A stretch of 64,000 nt of DNA from an uncultured Acidobacteriaceae bacterium (GCA_963770525.1 CAVYPY010000003.1:445129-509128); one strand, 5' to 3'; shown: positions 45,399 through 54,467, counted from the first letter of the stretch. A program made the numbers and translations. The notes: generated by a model from the sequence alone, not told the origin.

Positions 45399-47052
45399 CT
45401 ATCGGCTACCGGCTGGGCGACGCATGAATCCGGCGGCGAGAGCCGCGAGGACAATGGCGCCGCAAAGATACGCGAACAGGTCGCCGTGGCGGGTATAGAA
45501 GGTGAGGTCCGTGCGGTATCCGAAGCGGGCAACGAGCGAGGTCAGCGTATGGCGTGGGACGGAGAGGGTGACGCGTCCGCGGGGGTCGATGACGGTGGTG
45601 ACGCCGGAGTTGGTGTCGAGCAGGAGCCAGCGGTGGTTTTCGATGGCGCGCATGCGAGTCATGTTGAGGTGCTGCCAGGGGGCGGAGGTGTCGCCGTACC
45701 AGCCGTCGTCGGAGATGTTGACGAGGACCTGGGCGCCGTTGAGGGCGAAGTGGCGGATCTCGTCGGCGAAGACGGATTCGTAGCAGATGAAGAGGCCGAA
45801 GGTGTGGCCGTCGGCGTGGAAGACGGTGCGCCGGGTGCCGCGCTGGAGGTCTTCGAGCTGGTGGGTGAGCTTGGGGGCGAAGAAGAAGAGCTGACGGTAC
45901 GGGATGTATTCGCCGAAGGGGACGAGGTGGATTTTGTCGTAGCGTCCCTGGACGGAGCCGTCGGAATTGACGAAGACGCCGGAATTGTAGAAGCCCTGGG
46001 AGTCGTGGCCGAGCATGCCGACGATGAGGGGGGCATGGGCGGCGGTGGCGAGGGTCTGCCATGGCGTCGAGGGTGCGGGGCTGGTCGCTCTGGAACCAGG
46101 AGGCGGTTTCAGGCCAGAGGATGATGCCGGGGGGCGGGGTGTTTTGCGCGCATTCGGCGGGCGCAGCAGGCGGATGCGCGAGGGTGGGCAGGCCGTCGAA
46201 GGCGGGAGTGCAGGTGCGCGCATCCTGCTGGAGGATCCAGGAGAGCTGGCCGTTCCACTGGAGGCCGGGCCAGGTGGTGGCGTCTTCGGCGGCGACGTTG
46301 ATGTTGGGCTGCAGGAGGACGGCGTAATCGGAGGTAGGTGAGGGTGGGCCCTCAACGAAGGAGCCGGGCTGGAGGATGGCGACGAGGAGGACGCCTGAGA
46401 CGGCGAGGACGAGGCGCGGACGGGCGGTGGCCAAGAGGGCTCCGGTGAAGAGGGCGTTGACGCCGACCAGGACAAAGGAGAGGCCGTAGACGCCGGTCCA
46501 GGGAGCAAGGTGGGTGAGGAAGAGGTTGTCGACCTGAGCGTAGCCGAGCTGGTCCCAGGGGACGGAGGTGATGCGGGCGGCGGCGAGTTCGAGAGCGGTC
46601 CAGAGAAACGGGGCGAGGACCAGGGCGGAGATCAGGCCGAGGCGGCGGCGGATGAGAGCGAGGAGGAGTCCGAAGAGGCCGAAGTAGAGGCCGAGGATGG
46701 CGCTGAAGGCGACGACCATGAATGCGCCGCCAATGGCGGGGAGATGGCCGTAGAGGACCATCGTCTGGTAGATCCAGTAGCAATTGAGGATGTACCACAG
46801 GAGTCCGGAGAGCCAGCCGATGAAGGCGGCGCGGCGGAGGTCGTGGGGATGGGCGGCCTGGGCGGGGGCGAGCAGCGCCCAGAGCAGAGGGACGAGGGCG
46901 AACCAGGCGAGGATGCCGCGCCAGGGCGGGAGGGGTCCGGCGACCGGGAAACAGAAGTCGAGGAGGACCGAGGAGACGAAGGCGAGCAGGATGGGAAGGC
47001 GGAGCGAAGCACGCACAGGACGCGCGGAGACGGGCGGAGAGGCGGCTACCAC
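45399..47052 (-). pseudogene. lnt: Apolipoprotein N-acyltransferase with an interrupted reading frame (1-nt frameshift near 46056)
   Basis: The N-terminal membrane domain is in the frame of ORF 45406..47052, up to ...ILWPETASWFQSDQPRTLDAMA. The CN-hydrolase domain is in the frame of ORF 45399..46508, from TLATAAHAPLIVGM onward, with motifs HLVPFGEYIP, FICYESVF and ISDDGWYG. Omitting one base (G at 46056) joins them. Confidence 0.8.
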
Positions 47053-47094
47053 TGCGGGCGATCCGGTTGCGGGGAATCCGGGGAGGACATGAAT

Positions 47095-47199
47095 CTACTC
47101 CTTGCCGATGAGTTCGTTCAGGTCCTCGAAGAAGCTAATGATGATGACGAGCAGGGATCCGGCGACGCCGATGAAGAAGATCCAGACCATCCCGGTCAT
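47095..47199 (-). CDS. Candidate small single-TM peptide upstream of lnt (34 aa, or 42 aa from the GTG at 47223)
   Basis: Hand translation: MTGMVWIFFIGVAGSLLVIIISFFEDLNELIGKE. 31 of 34 codons end in G/C, matching the coding bias of neighbouring genes. No Shine-Dalgarno sequence seen. Too short for the ORF track. Confidence 0.35.
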   Translation of the reverse strand: MTGMVWIFFIGVAGSLLVIIISFFEDLNELIGKE

Positions 47200-47425
47200 G
47201 ACGGCGTGGGCAAGAGCGATCACAGGGGCATTGTAAATCAGGAACGTGGAGAGCCATGGTGGAGGGGCGAGTGCGGTCCCGTTTCGACACTGATTTCGGC
47301 GCTGCTGTTACTTCAGAATGCTGGGTCTGAGCGAAATTCTCTTGCTGTTCATGGTCCACCGCGATACTGGGCCGGAGAATGTATCTGATACGTCGGGCCT
47401 TGCAGACGGGTTTCGCGAGGATTCC

Positions 47426-48835
47426 ATGAGCCAGAGCGTTTCGATTGCAGTAGTCGGTTCCGGGTACGTGGGATTGGTGGCGGCCGCCTGCTTCGCGGAG
47501 ATCGGACACCGCGTGGTGTGCGTCGATAACGACGAGGCGAAAGTCGGTGTTCTGCAACAGGGCGGAATTCCGATCCACGAGATGTATTTGCCGGAGTTGC
47601 TGGGGCGGCATCGCGGCCAATCGCTGACGTTTACGACGGACCTGCGGGGGGCTACCCAGGAAGCCCAGGCGGTTTTTATTGCTGTCGGCACACCCCAGAG
47701 CGATTCGGGCTGCGCCGATTTGTCCTATGTAGACGCGGTGGCCAGCGAAATCGCTCGGGCGATCGATGACTACAAGGTGATCGTGGAGAAGAGCACGGTT
47801 CCCGTCTATACGAACGAGTGGATTCGGCGGGTGATTGAACGAAATGGCGTACACCGGCAACTCTTTGAAGTCACCTCCAATCCCGAGTTCCTGCGCGAAG
47901 GAACAGCGGTGGCGGATTTCCTGCATCCGGAGAGGATTGTTCTGGGCACGCAGACTGAGCGGGCAGCCGAGCTGCTGCGGAAGATCTACGAGCCGCTGAT
48001 TTCGGGCGCTTATTATCGAACCGCCGGAGCGGTGCCCGGGATGCGGCAGGAGAGCGATCCGCCGCCGCTCCTGCAGACATCCACGAAGGCGGCGGAGATC
48101 ATTAAGCACGCCTCGAATGCCTTTCTGGCGACCAAGATTTCGTTCATCAACGTTGTTGCCAATATCTGCGAGACGGCCGGAGCCGATGTGAGGGAGGTCG
48201 TACGTGGACTCGGCATGGACAGCCGTATCGGTCCGCGGTTTCTGGAGCCGGGCATCGGTTATGGCGGATCGTGCTTCCCCAAGGATGTGGCCGCCTTCCG
48301 GCATGTGGCCGAGCAGATGGGAGTGGATTTCAGCCTGCTGCGGGAGGTGGAGAAGATCAATACGGAGCAGAGGAGGCGCTTCTTTCAGAAAGTGCGCGCA
48401 GCCCTGTGGACCTTCCGCGGCAAGAAGATCGGGGTTTTGGGGCTGGCATTCAAGGGCGGGACGGACGATATCCGGGAATCACCGGCGGTTGATATCGTGC
48501 GGCAACTGCTGCTGGAGGGCGCACGCGTGACCGCATATGACCCCGCGGCGGCTGAGCGGGCGAAGGAAGTGCTGCCGGCAGGACCGCAGATGTGCTACGC
48601 CGACGACGCCTATGCCGCGGCCCAGGATGCCGATGCCCTGCTGATTCTGAACGAGTGGGAAGAATTCGGCCAGCTGGATCTGAAGCGGGTCCACCGTGTG
48701 CTGCGTTACCCCATCATCATCGACGGGCGCAATCTCTATGAGCCGGACGCGATGGCGCAGCAGGGGTTCACGTACCTGAGCGTCGGACGGCCGGGAACGT
48801 CGCACACGCGGGATGTCGGGGTGGGGCTGTCCTGA
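47426..48835 (+). CDS. ugd: UDP-glucose 6-dehydrogenase
   Basis: Motifs: IAVVGSGYVGLVAAACFAE, GGSCFPKD. The ATG at 47426 (MSQSVS) is preferred to the track start 47318. Confidence 0.9.
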   Translation: MSQSVSIAVVGSGYVGLVAAACFAEIGHRVVCVDNDEAKVGVLQQGGIPIHEMYLPELLGRHRGQSLTFTTDLRGATQEAQAVFIAVGTPQSDSGCADLSYVDAVASEIARAIDDYKVIVEKSTVPVYTNEWIRRVIERNGVHRQLFEVTSNPEFLREGTAVADFLHPERIVLGTQTERAAELLRKIYEPLISGAYYRTAGAVPGMRQESDPPPLLQTSTKAAEIIKHASNAFLATKISFINVVANICETAGADVREVVRGLGMDSRIGPRFLEPGIGYGGSCFPKDVAAFRHVAEQMGVDFSLLREVEKINTEQRRRFFQKVRAALWTFRGKKIGVLGLAFKGGTDDIRESPAVDIVRQLLLEGARVTAYDPAAAERAKEVLPAGPQMCYADDAYAAAQDADALLILNEWEEFGQLDLKRVHRVLRYPIIIDGRNLYEPDAMAQQGFTYLSVGRPGTSHTRDVGVGLS

Positions 48836-49012
48836 AGGCGTTCAAATCGCTATCGCCCGCCGAGGCTGTAAGGGGCGTGATGTGCAGGTCGGCACTCCCA
48901 CAGTGATAATTTGAATACCTGTGATCCGTCGTCCGCAAAAACCCGAGACTCGTCTAAATTCCGATCCGGGTTCAGGGCGACCCCTGCAATCCGAGCGCGC
49001 CCCGGGAGAACC

Positions 49013-50080
49013 ATGATCGAACGCGTGCTGATCTACCGTCTGGGGAGTCTGGGCGATACCGTCGTGGCCTTGCCGGCGCTGCACCTGGTGGAGCGGGCCT
49101 TCCCCGGCGCAGAACGACGTCTTCTCACGAACATGCCGACGCACTCCAAAGCACCGGCGGCATTTGCCGTTTTAGAGGGTTCGGGGCTGGTTCACGGGTT
49201 TATGGATTATCCATGGAGGACGCGCAGCTTCGGCGATTTAGCGCGACTTTGGTGGAAGATCGTGCGATTTCGTCCCCAGGTTGTGGTTTATCTGATGGGC
49301 CAGCGCAACACGGAAAGCCGGGACCGATGGTTTTTTCGCCTGTGCGGGGTGTGCGAGGTGATTGGCCTGCCGACAGGAGATCTGGCAGAGCCGTTGTATG
49401 ACCCGGCCACCGGGGTTTGGGAGCACGAGGGAGCACGGCTGGCGCGCTGCCTGCGCAGTCGCCTCGGCGAAGTGGATCTCCAGGACCCGGCCAACTGGGA
49501 TTTGCGGCTGACCGAGGCGGAAGAGCGAAAGGCTGCAGAAGTACTGATTCCCGCCGGAAATCGTCCGATCGTTACGTGCGGTCCGGGCACCAAGATGCAG
49601 GCGAAGGACTGGGGACAGGAGAATTGGCGCCAGTTGCTAAGCCGGCTGAGCCGCGAATTCCCGAACCATGCTCTGGTGCTGGTGGGCGCGAAGGAAGACG
49701 CAGCCGCGGCGGATTATGCAGCCGAAGAATGGGGTGGACCGATCATCAATGTATGTGGAAAGCTGACCCCTCGCGAGACGGCGGGAGTTCTGCGGCGAGC
49801 AGAGCTTTTTCTCGGACCGGACAGCGGGCCGATGCATCTGGCAGCCGCTTATGGGGTGCCCTGCGCCATTCCGTTTGCGGCGCTGGACAGGGCGGGACGC
49901 TGGTTCCCGATCGGCAGCCGCCACCGCCTGATTTACCACCATGTCGATTGCGAAAACTGCCGGCTGACCGTGTGTATTGAGGAGCGCAAAAAGTGCCTGA
50001 CCTCGATTACCGTGGAGGAGATGATGACAGCAGCGCTCGAGGCGTGGCGGGAAGGACAAAGGGTTCCCTGTGAGCGCTGA
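49013..50080 (+). CDS. Glycosyltransferase family 9 (heptosyltransferase-like)
   Basis: Motifs: [23 protein letters not shown] ... KDWGQENW ... [22 protein letters not shown] lies upstream of the ATG at 49013. Confidence 0.8.
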   Translation: MIERVLIYRLGSLGDTVVALPALHLVERAFPGAERRLLTNMPTHSKAPAAFAVLEGSGLVHGFMDYPWRTRSFGDLARLWWKIVRFRPQVVVYLMGQRNTESRDRWFFRLCGVCEVIGLPTGDLAEPLYDPATGVWEHEGARLARCLRSRLGEVDLQDPANWDLRLTEAEERKAAEVLIPAGNRPIVTCGPGTKMQAKDWGQENWRQLLSRLSREFPNHALVLVGAKEDAAAADYAAEEWGGPIINVCGKLTPRETAGVLRRAELFLGPDSGPMHLAAAYGVPCAIPFAALDRAGRWFPIGSRHRLIYHHVDCENCRLTVCIEERKKCLTSITVEEMMTAALEAWREGQRVPCER

Positions 50081-50573
50081 AGCAAGAATGGTCCCGCGCT
50101 CTCCGGAAGAGAAGATTCTGGAATGGGCAGAAGCGCGAGTTCGAGTGACCGAATGGCGGACAGCCGGACTGAAGAATGTATTCACGAACGGGTGCTTCGA
50201 TTTGCTCCACCTGGGACATGTGACACTCCTGGATCAGGCACGACGTGAGGGCGATCGGCTGATTGTGGGCATCAACAGCGACGATTCAGTCCGATCGCTG
50301 AAAGGGCCATCGCGGCCGGTGCTACGCGAGGAAGCGCGGGCGCGGGTCCTGGCAGGACTGGAGGCGGTGGATGCTGTGGTGATTTTCGATGAGCCCACCC
50401 CGCTGCAATTGATCGAAGCGCTGCGTCCGGATGTGCTGGTGAAGGGGGGGGACTATGCAGGAGAAGAGATTGTGGGTGGACCGGAAGTGCGGTTGTGGGG
50501 AGGCAAAGTCTTATTTGTGCCTTTTGTTGAAGGGTTCAGCACGACGGAGATCATTGCACGCGCGCGGGAGTAG
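50070..50573 (+). CDS. HldC/RfaE-domain-II-type sugar-1-phosphate nucleotidyltransferase (cytidylyltransferase fold)
   Basis: Sequence: [22 protein letters not shown]...[19 protein letters not shown]...VKGGDY. The start is either the GTG at 50070 or the ATG at 50088. Confidence 0.8.
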   Translation: MSAEARMVPRSPEEKILEWAEARVRVTEWRTAGLKNVFTNGCFDLLHLGHVTLLDQARREGDRLIVGINSDDSVRSLKGPSRPVLREEARARVLAGLEAVDAVVIFDEPTPLQLIEALRPDVLVKGGDYAGEEIVGGPEVRLWGGKVLFVPFVEGFSTTEIIARARE

Positions 50574-50586
50574 CCCCCGGCGCAGG

Positions 50587-50949
50587 CTACCGGGCTTGGG
50601 AGCGGCCTTGTTCCTCAAGAAAGGCCTCGATGCGTGAACAATCGGGATCGTAGAAGACGGAGCGATCATCAATGAGGAAATCGTAGCGGGGCTTACCCAT
50701 CCAGAGTTCGTGATAGCGCACGCCCCAGCCGGCGAGCTGGTCCTCGGTGAAAGCGCGTCCGATGCGCTCCGTCTCTTCACGGTTCCCCTGGGTCCGACCC
50801 ATAAAACGGCTGGTGTGCAGGACGATGGTGAAGCCGCGGTCGTAAAGTCGATTGACCAGAGCGATCATGGCGGGGTGGGGCTGTGCGTCTTCATAGTCGC
50901 CTTCCATCTGGTCGCACAAGACCCCATCGATATCGAAGCAAACCCTCAT
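50587..50949 (-). CDS. Small capless HAD-superfamily phosphatase
   Basis: Motifs: FDIDGVL (motif I), HTSR (II), GKP...LIDD (III/IV). ATGA overlap with the upstream gene. Confidence 0.7.
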   Translation of the reverse strand: MRVCFDIDGVLCDQMEGDYEDAQPHPAMIALVNRLYDRGFTIVLHTSRFMGRTQGNREETERIGRAFTEDQLAGWGVRYHELWMGKPRYDFLIDDRSVFYDPDCSRIEAFLEEQGRSQAR

Positions 50950-51617
50950 GAAGACATCCAGCCCTGGAAATCTTTGAGGAAGCCCTGGACGGATTTGTCC
51001 GTCGCTGGATGCGCGGCCATCTGCTCAAGGATTTTGGCTCCGACAGTGACGATATGGCCGCCAGCCATATGCGCCTCGAGGACGTCGGTCTGGAGGCGGA
51101 TGCTGCCGGCGATAATCTCCGCCTTGTGACCGGCCTGGTCGAAGATGCGACGCGTGTTACCGATGACCCGCACCGGATCGCCGCCGATGTCCTTGAGCCG
51201 GCAGTGAAAGACAGAGACATAGCTGGCACCGCTGTTAGCGGCGAGCACGCACTGCTCCTCGGTGAAGATGCAGGTGCAGTTGACGCGGATCCCGGCTTTG
51301 GAGAGCCCGTAGATGGCTTTCAGTTCGTCCCAGCCAATGGGGATTTTGATGTTGAGGCCGGAATAACCGATCTTGTCCATGATGTCCTTGCCCTGGGCGA
51401 TCATTTCGTCGGCTTTGGTAGCGAAGACTTCCACGCTGAGAGGCAGTTTGCGGCCATCTGCTTCGATCAGCTTCGCAATCTTTTTGATGTGCTCGTAGAA
51501 ATTGGCTTTGGGCTCCTTCGCCAGCAGAGACGGGTTGGTGGTGATGCCGGAGAGATGGCCGCGCGCCAATCCGTTTTCGACGTCCTGGAGGTTGGCCGAG
51601 TCGAGGAAAATCTTCAC
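50946..51617 (-). CDS. Transaldolase / fructose-6-phosphate aldolase family enzyme (short TalC/FSA type)
   Basis: Motifs: MKIFLDSANL...GITTNPSL...NIKIP (Schiff-base Lys region)...YVSVF. Confidence 0.85.
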   Translation of the reverse strand: MKIFLDSANLQDVENGLARGHLSGITTNPSLLAKEPKANFYEHIKKIAKLIEADGRKLPLSVEVFATKADEMIAQGKDIMDKIGYSGLNIKIPIGWDELKAIYGLSKAGIRVNCTCIFTEEQCVLAANSGASYVSVFHCRLKDIGGDPVRVIGNTRRIFDQAGHKAEIIAGSIRLQTDVLEAHMAGGHIVTVGAKILEQMAAHPATDKSVQGFLKDFQGWMSS

Positions 51618-52450
51618 GCAGGTTGCTCCTGTTTTGGGTTGAGTGGGAGGGAGTCGACGTCGATGTGGCGATAGGTCTGGCCATCTTCGACGAGATAGGA
51701 ATCGGAATCGGAGTCGCGCGTAGAGACTTCGAGGATGACGGTGTCCTCGAGGCCGATGCGCATATGCATGACGCCGGGGCGGACATCGTAGCTTTGTCCG
51801 GCCATCATGACGATGCTGCGATTCTCGGCACGGCCGATGCGCAGGCCGACCTTCAGCAGGCCGGAATGGATGTAGTAGCTCTCGCTTTTTTCCACGTGAT
51901 ATTCGAGGCTGCTTTGCCCGCCCTTCTGGACAAAAATGCGTTTGGCAGCGACGTCTTCGCTGAGGATGGTCTCGATGCGGCCCCAGTATTTTTCGCGGAC
52001 GTCGGTGGTGGGCTGGCCGATGAGGGGAATCGAAGCCGAATCCAGAGAGCGGAAGGCCGCAGCCGCGGCCTCATCGGTTTCGAGACGGATGGAGCGGAGA
52101 CCTTCGGGAGTGCGAGGGCCGAAGAGATAGATGGCGGCACCGGAGTGACTGGCGGCGGCGTGGGGGAAGAATGCGGGAATGGGCAGGAGCTGGCCGGCGC
52201 GGACGATGCCAGCCTGGGGATTGCCCGCCTGATCGATGCTGCGCAGAAGGACTTCGCCGGATTCCACAACGGCGTGGAATTTGCCGGCGGCGAGGATGTG
52301 CAGCGGCTGAGCGGCGCCGGGGAGGAGGTCGACACGATACATCGAGAACTGCGGCAGCTCGGTCAGGGAGGTGACGCCGCCCCACGAGAACGAGGCGGCC
52401 TGAGGCTGATTGATGTGGCGGACCTGATCGAGGGTCAATCCGTAAGCCAT
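51614..52450 (-). CDS. Bicupin protein whose C-terminal half resembles the type II phosphomannose-isomerase cupin
   Basis: The stretch EKYWGRIETILSEDVAAKRIFVQKGGQSSLEYHVEKSESYYIHSG...GVMHMRIG...ILEVSTRD resembles the RPWG..F.VKRI.V.PG..LSLQ.H..R.EHW pattern of PMI-type cupins. Confidence 0.6.
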   Translation of the reverse strand: MAYGLTLDQVRHINQPQAASFSWGGVTSLTELPQFSMYRVDLLPGAAQPLHILAAGKFHAVVESGEVLLRSIDQAGNPQAGIVRAGQLLPIPAFFPHAAASHSGAAIYLFGPRTPEGLRSIRLETDEAAAAAFRSLDSASIPLIGQPTTDVREKYWGRIETILSEDVAAKRIFVQKGGQSSLEYHVEKSESYYIHSGLLKVGLRIGRAENRSIVMMAGQSYDVRPGVMHMRIGLEDTVILEVSTRDSDSDSYLVEDGQTYRHIDVDSLPLNPKQEQPA

Positions 52451-52468
52451 AAGCGGCTCCTTTTGCGG

Positions 52469-53431
52469 TTACAGGCCGAGGGCCGGCGCGAGGTCGGTCT
52501 TCCTCGGCGGAATCGTACCGTGGATCTGCACGGCGAGGCCAGCCCAGGCGTTGGCCAGTTGCAGGGCTGCCTCAGGATCGTCGAGACCGGCGAGACAAAA
52601 GGCGGAAAGAAAGGCGTCGCCCGCGCCGGTTGTGTCGGTGACGGTAACGGCCCGGGCAGGGGCCTGAAAGACGGAGGAGCCATTCTGGAAGATAGCCCCG
52701 TCTTCGCCCAGCTTGACGACGATGCGGCTGGTGTCGAGTGCGCGGTTCAGGACCGCGAAGGAGCCGGGAGCTGTGGACGGGGTAAAACCCGGATCGATGC
52801 AGCGGGCTTCTCGCAGGTTAAGGACCATGACGCAGCCGCCGCGGTAGAGGGCGTGATTGCTGGCGGTCTGCGAGACCTGCGAGTCCACATAGACGGTTTT
52901 TTGTGCAGCATGCAGTCGGGGCAGGAGCGAAGTCAGGAGATCGGTGGAGAGCAGGCCGTGGCGGTAATCGGAGATGATGACGATGTCGGTGCCGGGCAGT
53001 GCAGCTTCCACCAGGGCAAGAACCTGGTCGCCGACAGTGGCGGAGATGGGGGCGTCGTCGCGCTGGTCGAGCTGGAAGAGTTTGTAGCCGTCGACCCAGA
53101 AGCGATGCTTGACGGTGGTGGGACGCGCGGGATCCTCCACAGGGAGCAGACTCAGATGCGGCGCAGCGAACTGCCGGACGTGGGCGGCTTCCTCATCGGC
53201 GCCGATCAGCGTGAGGAACTGCACGGAAGCACCGAGTTCGAGGAGGTTGCGAGCGACCAGGGCCGCACCTCCCAGCGAATGCTTTACTTCCCTGCGGCGA
53301 GCAACGATCGTAGGCGTTTCGGCGGAGAGGCCGAGCGCGGTGCCGTAAGTATAGATATCGAGGATGGTATCCCCGATCAGCAGCACTCGCCTGCGGTTCA
53401 GTCTTTGAAGAATGGTTTCCAGTGTGTTCAA
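52469..53431 (-). CDS. PfkB-family sugar kinase, HldA/RfaE-domain-I-like
   Basis: Motifs: RVLLIGDTILDIYTYG...SAETPTIV...GGAALVARNLLELG...DTTGAGDAF. By eye it is collinear with the E. coli HldE N-terminal domain. Confidence 0.8.
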   Translation of the reverse strand: MNTLETILQRLNRRRVLLIGDTILDIYTYGTALGLSAETPTIVARRREVKHSLGGAALVARNLLELGASVQFLTLIGADEEAAHVRQFAAPHLSLLPVEDPARPTTVKHRFWVDGYKLFQLDQRDDAPISATVGDQVLALVEAALPGTDIVIISDYRHGLLSTDLLTSLLPRLHAAQKTVYVDSQVSQTASNHALYRGGCVMVLNLREARCIDPGFTPSTAPGSFAVLNRALDTSRIVVKLGEDGAIFQNGSSVFQAPARAVTVTDTTGAGDAFLSAFCLAGLDDPEAALQLANAWAGLAVQIHGTIPPRKTDLAPALGL

Positions 53432-53491
53432 CCGAGAATTCCCGAGAAGCGCGGCCGGACCATCCGCGAGGGAGTCACCGGCGCCACGCGA

Positions 53492-54385
53492 TCAGTGGAT
53501 CCGAGCCGATTCATGCGACGGAGATTGTGGCGATTCGCCGCGCTTAATGCGTTGAATGACATTCGTGGAGGAGTAACCGCGAACCAGAGGGAAAATCTTG
53601 ACCTCAATGTCCTCGGGAACTTCATCCTGGGCGCGGACCTCTTCGGCGAGCCATTCGCCGCCCTTCACCACGATGGCGGGATGAAGCGATTCGATGAGCG
53701 CGGTTGGCCGCAGATCATCGAAGACGACTACCTCATCGACAAAGCGCAGTGCCTGGAGAACGGCCTTGCGGTTCTCCTGGGAGTTGACGGGGCGACCTTC
53801 GCCTTTGAGAGCGCGCACTGAGGCGTCGGAATTGATACCGACGACCAAACGGTCGCCGAGATTACGGGACCAGTTCAGAAGCTCGATGTGCCCCTGGTGC
53901 AGGATGTCGAAAACACCGTTCGTGAAGACCACCTTGCCCCGAGGATCGGGGGCGATTCGCTCGACCCGCCGCACATGGCGGCGCTCTCCGAACTTCTCCG
54001 AAAGCCAGCGGTGGCTGATCTCGATGTTCTCCTGATCGCTGCAGATCCAGGAGCCGAGGCAGAGTACATTAGCGTCATTGTGCTCGCGGCACTTGCCGGC
54101 GCTTTCGTAATTGTGCACAACAGCGGCGCGCACTTTGGGCAGCTTGTTCGCGGCAATGCTCATCCCAATCCCGGTACCACAGATGAGGATTCCACGATCG
54201 CAGTCGCCGTTCTGAATCAGCGTGCCCACCAGTTGGGCGTAGTCGACATAATCGACGGAAACCGACGAAGAAAACGGGCCAAGATCGAGGCAGCGGTGAC
54301 CGGCTTCGGTCAGGGAAGCTTTGATTCTCGACTTCAGGTCAACACCGTTGTGGTCGGCAGCGAGACAAACGATCATTTCGCTCAT
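53492..54385 (-). CDS. Fusion protein: RpiB/LacAB-type sugar-phosphate isomerase (N) + HldC-type nucleotidyltransferase (C)
   Basis: N-terminal half: IVCLAADHNGVDLK...ILICGTGIGMSIAANK...RAAVVHN...HNDANVLCLG. C-terminal half: VVFTNGVFDILHQGHIELL...VGINSDASVRALKGEGRPV...VKGGEW. ATG at 54385 preceded by AGGAGA. Confidence 0.8.
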   Translation of the reverse strand: MSEMIVCLAADHNGVDLKSRIKASLTEAGHRCLDLGPFSSSVSVDYVDYAQLVGTLIQNGDCDRGILICGTGIGMSIAANKLPKVRAAVVHNYESAGKCREHNDANVLCLGSWICSDQENIEISHRWLSEKFGERRHVRRVERIAPDPRGKVVFTNGVFDILHQGHIELLNWSRNLGDRLVVGINSDASVRALKGEGRPVNSQENRKAVLQALRFVDEVVVFDDLRPTALIESLHPAIVVKGGEWLAEEVRAQDEVPEDIEVKIFPLVRGYSSTNVIQRIKRGESPQSPSHESARIH

Positions 54386-54431
54386 GCAGGGTGTCTCCTG
54401 TCGGTGTGGAGGGACGCACTCAGACCCCTCA

Positions 54432-54467
54432 GCGGAAAAGGGCACAGCAGCAGAGCTACTGTGCCCT
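54432..54467 (-). terminator. Rho-independent terminator after the aminotransferase gene
   Basis: The reverse strand forms AGGGCACAG-N11-CTGTGCCCT followed by TTTTCC. Confidence 0.6.

Noticed and set aside
45406-46056. C-terminal roughly 215 residues of the 548-aa ORF 45406..47052 (RHRRPCPPHRRHARPR...).
   Set aside because: This is an out-of-frame reading of the Lnt CN-hydrolase domain downstream of the frameshift. The real sequence is in the frame of ORF 45399..46508.
47135-48304. 389-aa - strand ORF.
   Set aside because: It is antisense to UDP-glucose dehydrogenase, which has an unambiguous GxGxxG and GGSCFPKD.
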